DNA of 56,721 nucleotides from a virus (Duplodnaviria; Caudoviricetes): IMG/VR virus record IMGVR_UViG_3300027819_000014, positions 1 to 56,721 of that record; one strand, 5' to 3'. Shown piece by piece: positions 53,740 to 56,721 of this stretch (position 1 is its first letter; each line of letters starts with the position of its first letter). The notes under the pieces were generated by a model. It saw only the letters and a program-made list of their open reading frames with translations, ran no database searches and was not told where the DNA came from. The position numbers and the translations under genes were made by a program.

Positions 53740-55647
53740 ATGAGCCAAGAAATTCGTACCCTTTCCAGAGAGCAAGTTCAAAAAGTCTGCCCAATCGGCG
53801 CAGACAAAATGAAACTGGCTCGCATCAAATCGCTGTCGTTCACCGACGACGGTCTTCCTGCCGACGATTCCACTGTTAAGCTGTTTTCCGTTCTTCGTCA
53901 AGATGCGAAGGACTCCTTAGTCTCGTCCGCGCTGTCTGCCAATTACGTGATCAAGCACGAAGGTTCGGAATGGGTCTTATATGACCATTCCGGTGATAAG
54001 GTATTGGGCAAACACAAGACCGAGGCGGAAGCACTGGCACAGGAACGAGCTATTCAAGTTTCCAAGAATCACGCCGTGTCCGGGCTGAAGGCTATGGACC
54101 GCGTTGAGGTATTTAAGAAATGCCCTGAGTGTGCGGGTAAGATGGCGGCGACTTCCCAGGACATGCCCGTAGACGCGGGCGGGCACATGCAGCACATCTG
54201 CGGTAAAGGCGGACGGGCGGTGGCAACGATGGCAAACGATTTAGAAGTCCACGAATACGCTAATGCCATTAAAGGCGTGGAGATATTTAAGACCGGGACA
54301 CATAATGGTGATGTGTACACGGAAAAAGATCTTGACGACATGGTCGAGGCATTTGGTGTATTGGATTATCGCCCCGCTATCAAAATTGGCCATTCCAAGG
54401 ATACTCCCGGCGCGCCAGCCTATGGTTGGGTGCAAAACGTAACACGGGACGGAGACAAACTCCGCGCCGATTTTACCGATATGCACGATTCCGTGGTCGA
54501 GGCGATCCGGAACAAGAATTATGACCGCTGTTCTTCAGAAATCTACTTCAATCTCAAGCGGGGCGGGAAAGATTATCGACGTGCGTTGAAGGCGGTGGCG
54601 CTTCTGGGAGCAGAGGTGCCCGCCGTGGCTGGATTGACCCCGCTGCACAAGATGGAATTTGCGGCAGAAGGTTTTGAACGAGTGGGGACGTTGGAGCAGG
54701 CGCTGGAGGTTCCTTCGCAGGCGTTGCTGGAGTCGCTGGCGGAGCGCGTTTCGGGTTTGATCACTTTGATTAAGGAGCACGCGATGAACGGAAAAATGAT
54801 GTCTCGCAAAGACATGTTGGCGAAGATGAAGAAGGAGAACCCGGACGCTTCCGAAGACGAGATCACCACGATGGTCGACGAGGCGATGGACGAACAAGCA
54901 GGCGAAAAGGAGATGGCGATGAAGAAAGAGGTAAAAGAACTCAAAGCGAAAGTGGAAGAGTTCAACCAGAAGATGGAAGAGCTGAAGAAGACCAAGTCCG
55001 GTCTGACCGACGAGGAACTGGCCGCCGATGCGGAATACAAGGCGTTGTCGGAGCAGGCGGACGCGATTGCGGACAAGATTACCGAGCTCGAGAACGCGGG
55101 CAATGACGATACGGAAAGCATCGCCGAGCTGCGCGAGAAGCTGAAAGCGGCGGAAGCCAAGGCCGAGGAAAGCCAGCAACAAACCAAAGAGCTGTCCGAG
55201 CGCGTGGCCAAGATCGAGCGGGACAAAGTGAACCTGCAGATCGGTGAACGGGTCAAGGCGTGCAAGATTCCCGCATTCCGCCCGGCACTGGAAGCGATGT
55301 ATGCATACGCTCTTACCAACACCGAGGCTACGGTCAAAGTGTATTCCAAGAAAGACGGGAAGGACGTGACCGAAGAGAAGACGTTGGCCGAAGTGACTGA
55401 CGGCATGGTGAGCGAGATCAACGCCCAGAGCGAGAAGCTGTTCAAGGCGCTCGCGTTCACGGGCGCCAAGGTGCGCGAGGACGGTGAGACCGAGGAAGAT
55501 GCGGGCAAGGACGTGCAGAAGCGCGTTACGGAATACCGCGCCAAGCATCCGGAAGTGAAAACGTACGAGGAAGCGATGACGGCGGTGCTGGGTTCGGATG
55601 AAGCACTGGCGGCGCGTTACCGTTCGCAACTCGGCCGCGAGCAATAA
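53740..55647 (+). CDS. Mu I-like prohead protease fused to scaffolding protein, with N-terminal extension
   Basis: EIFKTGTH, P.KIGH, PAYGWV, Y..CSSEI, VALLGA..PAV.GL; acidic coiled-coil C-half; internal RBS+ATG at 54784 and 54919. Confidence 0.88.
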   Translation: MSQEIRTLSREQVQKVCPIGADKMKLARIKSLSFTDDGLPADDSTVKLFSVLRQDAKDSLVSSALSANYVIKHEGSEWVLYDHSGDKVLGKHKTEAEALAQERAIQVSKNHAVSGLKAMDRVEVFKKCPECAGKMAATSQDMPVDAGGHMQHICGKGGRAVATMANDLEVHEYANAIKGVEIFKTGTHNGDVYTEKDLDDMVEAFGVLDYRPAIKIGHSKDTPGAPAYGWVQNVTRDGDKLRADFTDMHDSVVEAIRNKNYDRCSSEIYFNLKRGGKDYRRALKAVALLGAEVPAVAGLTPLHKMEFAAEGFERVGTLEQALEVPSQALLESLAERVSGLITLIKEHAMNGKMMSRKDMLAKMKKENPDASEDEITTMVDEAMDEQAGEKEMAMKKEVKELKAKVEEFNQKMEELKKTKSGLTDEELAADAEYKALSEQADAIADKITELENAGNDDTESIAELREKLKAAEAKAEESQQQTKELSERVAKIERDKVNLQIGERVKACKIPAFRPALEAMYAYALTNTEATVKVYSKKDGKDVTEEKTLAEVTDGMVSEINAQSEKLFKALAFTGAKVREDGETEEDAGKDVQKRVTEYRAKHPEVKTYEEAMTAVLGSDEALAARYRSQLGREQ

Positions 55648-55676
55648 TCAACACACAACGACGAAGGAGAAATGAC

Positions 55677-56141
55677 ATGATCAAAAGACTGTTTGAAGTG
55701 GTACTGGCTTCGCTCGCGGTGTACGCGGAAAAGGCGTTGAGCGCGCAGGCTGAGGGTGGTTCGCAGATGATGCTGCCGGGGTACAGCGCGAGTTCGGATT
55801 ACAGCGCGCTGAGCGCCACGCGTTACATTTTTGTGCAGGCGACTGGGGCGCGGACTGCGATGCAGTGCATTAACCCCACGTCCACGGCGGTGTTGGGTGT
55901 GATGCAGAACAACCCGGCTCGCGGCGAAGCGATGAGCATTGCCTACGCAGGCCCGTCCAAAGTGGTAGCGGGCGGTGCACTGACGGTTAACGCGCTGATC
56001 ACCACTAATACTTCCGGTCGCGCGGCCGCAGTGACGTCGGGTGACATGGTGGCCGGTCGGGTGCTGGAGGCTTCCGGTGCGGACGGTGATGTGATTAGCT
56101 GTTTGCTCTTCCATCCGGTGCGGTGGGCGGGTGCGGCGTAA
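55677..56141 (+). CDS. Capsid cement / head decoration protein
   Basis: LGV.QN.P..GE..G.SKV.AG..GRA..G..LE Gly/Ala pattern; lies between scaffold and MCP. Confidence 0.8.
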   Translation: MIKRLFEVVLASLAVYAEKALSAQAEGGSQMMLPGYSASSDYSALSATRYIFVQATGARTAMQCINPTSTAVLGVMQNNPARGEAMSIAYAGPSKVVAGGALTVNALITTNTSGRAAAVTSGDMVAGRVLEASGADGDVISCLLFHPVRWAGAA

Positions 56142-56172
56142 GCGTGAATTAAGTACAAAAAGGAGACATGAC

Positions 56173-56721
56173 ATGAAACAACTGATGAAACAGCTTTTGG
56201 TACTGTGCACCGCTTACGCAGAGAGCGTCCTGGCCCTCGGAGTAACGGCGCGGGATGTGCACATCGACGTGCCGCTCAGTAATATTGCGGTGGAGGCGTT
56301 TTCCACTGGCAATTTTATCGGCGCGCAACTGTTCCCGAATGTGAACGTGCGGAAACAATCCGACAAGTACTACACTATCGACAAGGACAGTTGGTTGCGG
56401 GTGCCGTCGTCTACACTGCGCGCTCCGAAGACCGCTCCGGGTCGTGTGGAGTTTCAGGTGTCCAGCGACAGTTACTTCGCGGACAACCATGCGCTGGCGA
56501 GTGAGAACGCGCATGAGGTGATCGCGAATGCGGATGATCCTATCCAACTGCGCGCTCGCACCACGCGATTCCTGGTTGATATGCTGATGCGCGGGAAAGA
56601 GCTGCGGATCGCCAATCTGGTCACGTCCATCACCAATATCGGTTCCGGTGTGGTGCTGAGCGGTGCCAATCTTTGGTCCAACTACGTCAGCTCAGACCCA
56701 GTGGCAGATGTGACCACAGGC
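56173..56721 (+). CDS. Major capsid protein (5' part; runs off the window)
   Basis: RBS AAGGAG; MKQLMKQLLVLCTAYAESVL..DVHIDVPLSNIAV..FI..LFP.V.V.KQSDKYY..RAP..Y..HAL. Confidence 0.88.
   Translation, partial: MKQLMKQLLVLCTAYAESVLALGVTARDVHIDVPLSNIAVEAFSTGNFIGAQLFPNVNVRKQSDKYYTIDKDSWLRVPSSTLRAPKTAPGRVEFQVSSDSYFADNHALASENAHEVIANADDPIQLRARTTRFLVDMLMRGKELRIANLVTSITNIGSGVVLSGANLWSNYVSSDPVADVTTG

Noticed and set aside
54535-55644. Long minus-strand ORFs (369 and 323 aa)
   Set aside because: Antisense shadows of the codon-biased scaffold region; no recognisable motifs.
55677-56240. Sec signal peptides on cement and MCP
   Set aside because: Capsid proteins assemble in the cytoplasm, and the hydrophobic cores are short or interrupted; a propeptide is more plausible.
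1-56721. tRNA genes, DGR/retron, integrase, alternative genetic code
   Set aside because: No cloverleaf, reverse transcriptase or recombinase motifs recognised by eye; genes tile densely under the standard code using all three stop codons.

Overview
A 56.7-kb segment of a tailed dsDNA phage, probably a phage-plasmid. Left end, minus strand: replication operon (primase, UDG-like, SNF2-type helicase, intein-containing DnaB-like helicase). Next comes a plus-strand Rep_3-type plasmid initiator followed by 21-bp iterons. An ~18-kb minus-strand early operon carries small genes plus SLOG, GNAT, methyltransferase, NADAR, DenV-like and MoxR-AAA/VWA genes, and is preceded by an ~740-nt highly structured non-coding leader. 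The plus-strand late region contains terS, an HNH homing endonuclease, terL, a Mu-like portal, an intein-containing MuF with a nuclease-like tail, a dispersed sugar-modification cluster, a Mu I-type protease/scaffold, a cement protein and the start of the major capsid protein. Best candidates for new biology: (1) a modular head-cargo polyprotein system with recurring address peptides (GVWRTxxGR, WxExKHPR) after [FYLM]A putative maturation sites, carrying ART-like, split Acb1-like, papain-like and nuclease domains; (2) the large structured leader RNA with a long-range terminator/antiterminator pairing; (3) the glycosylation/radical-SAM cluster inside the head module. All family calls come from motif recognition by eye; no database search was run.
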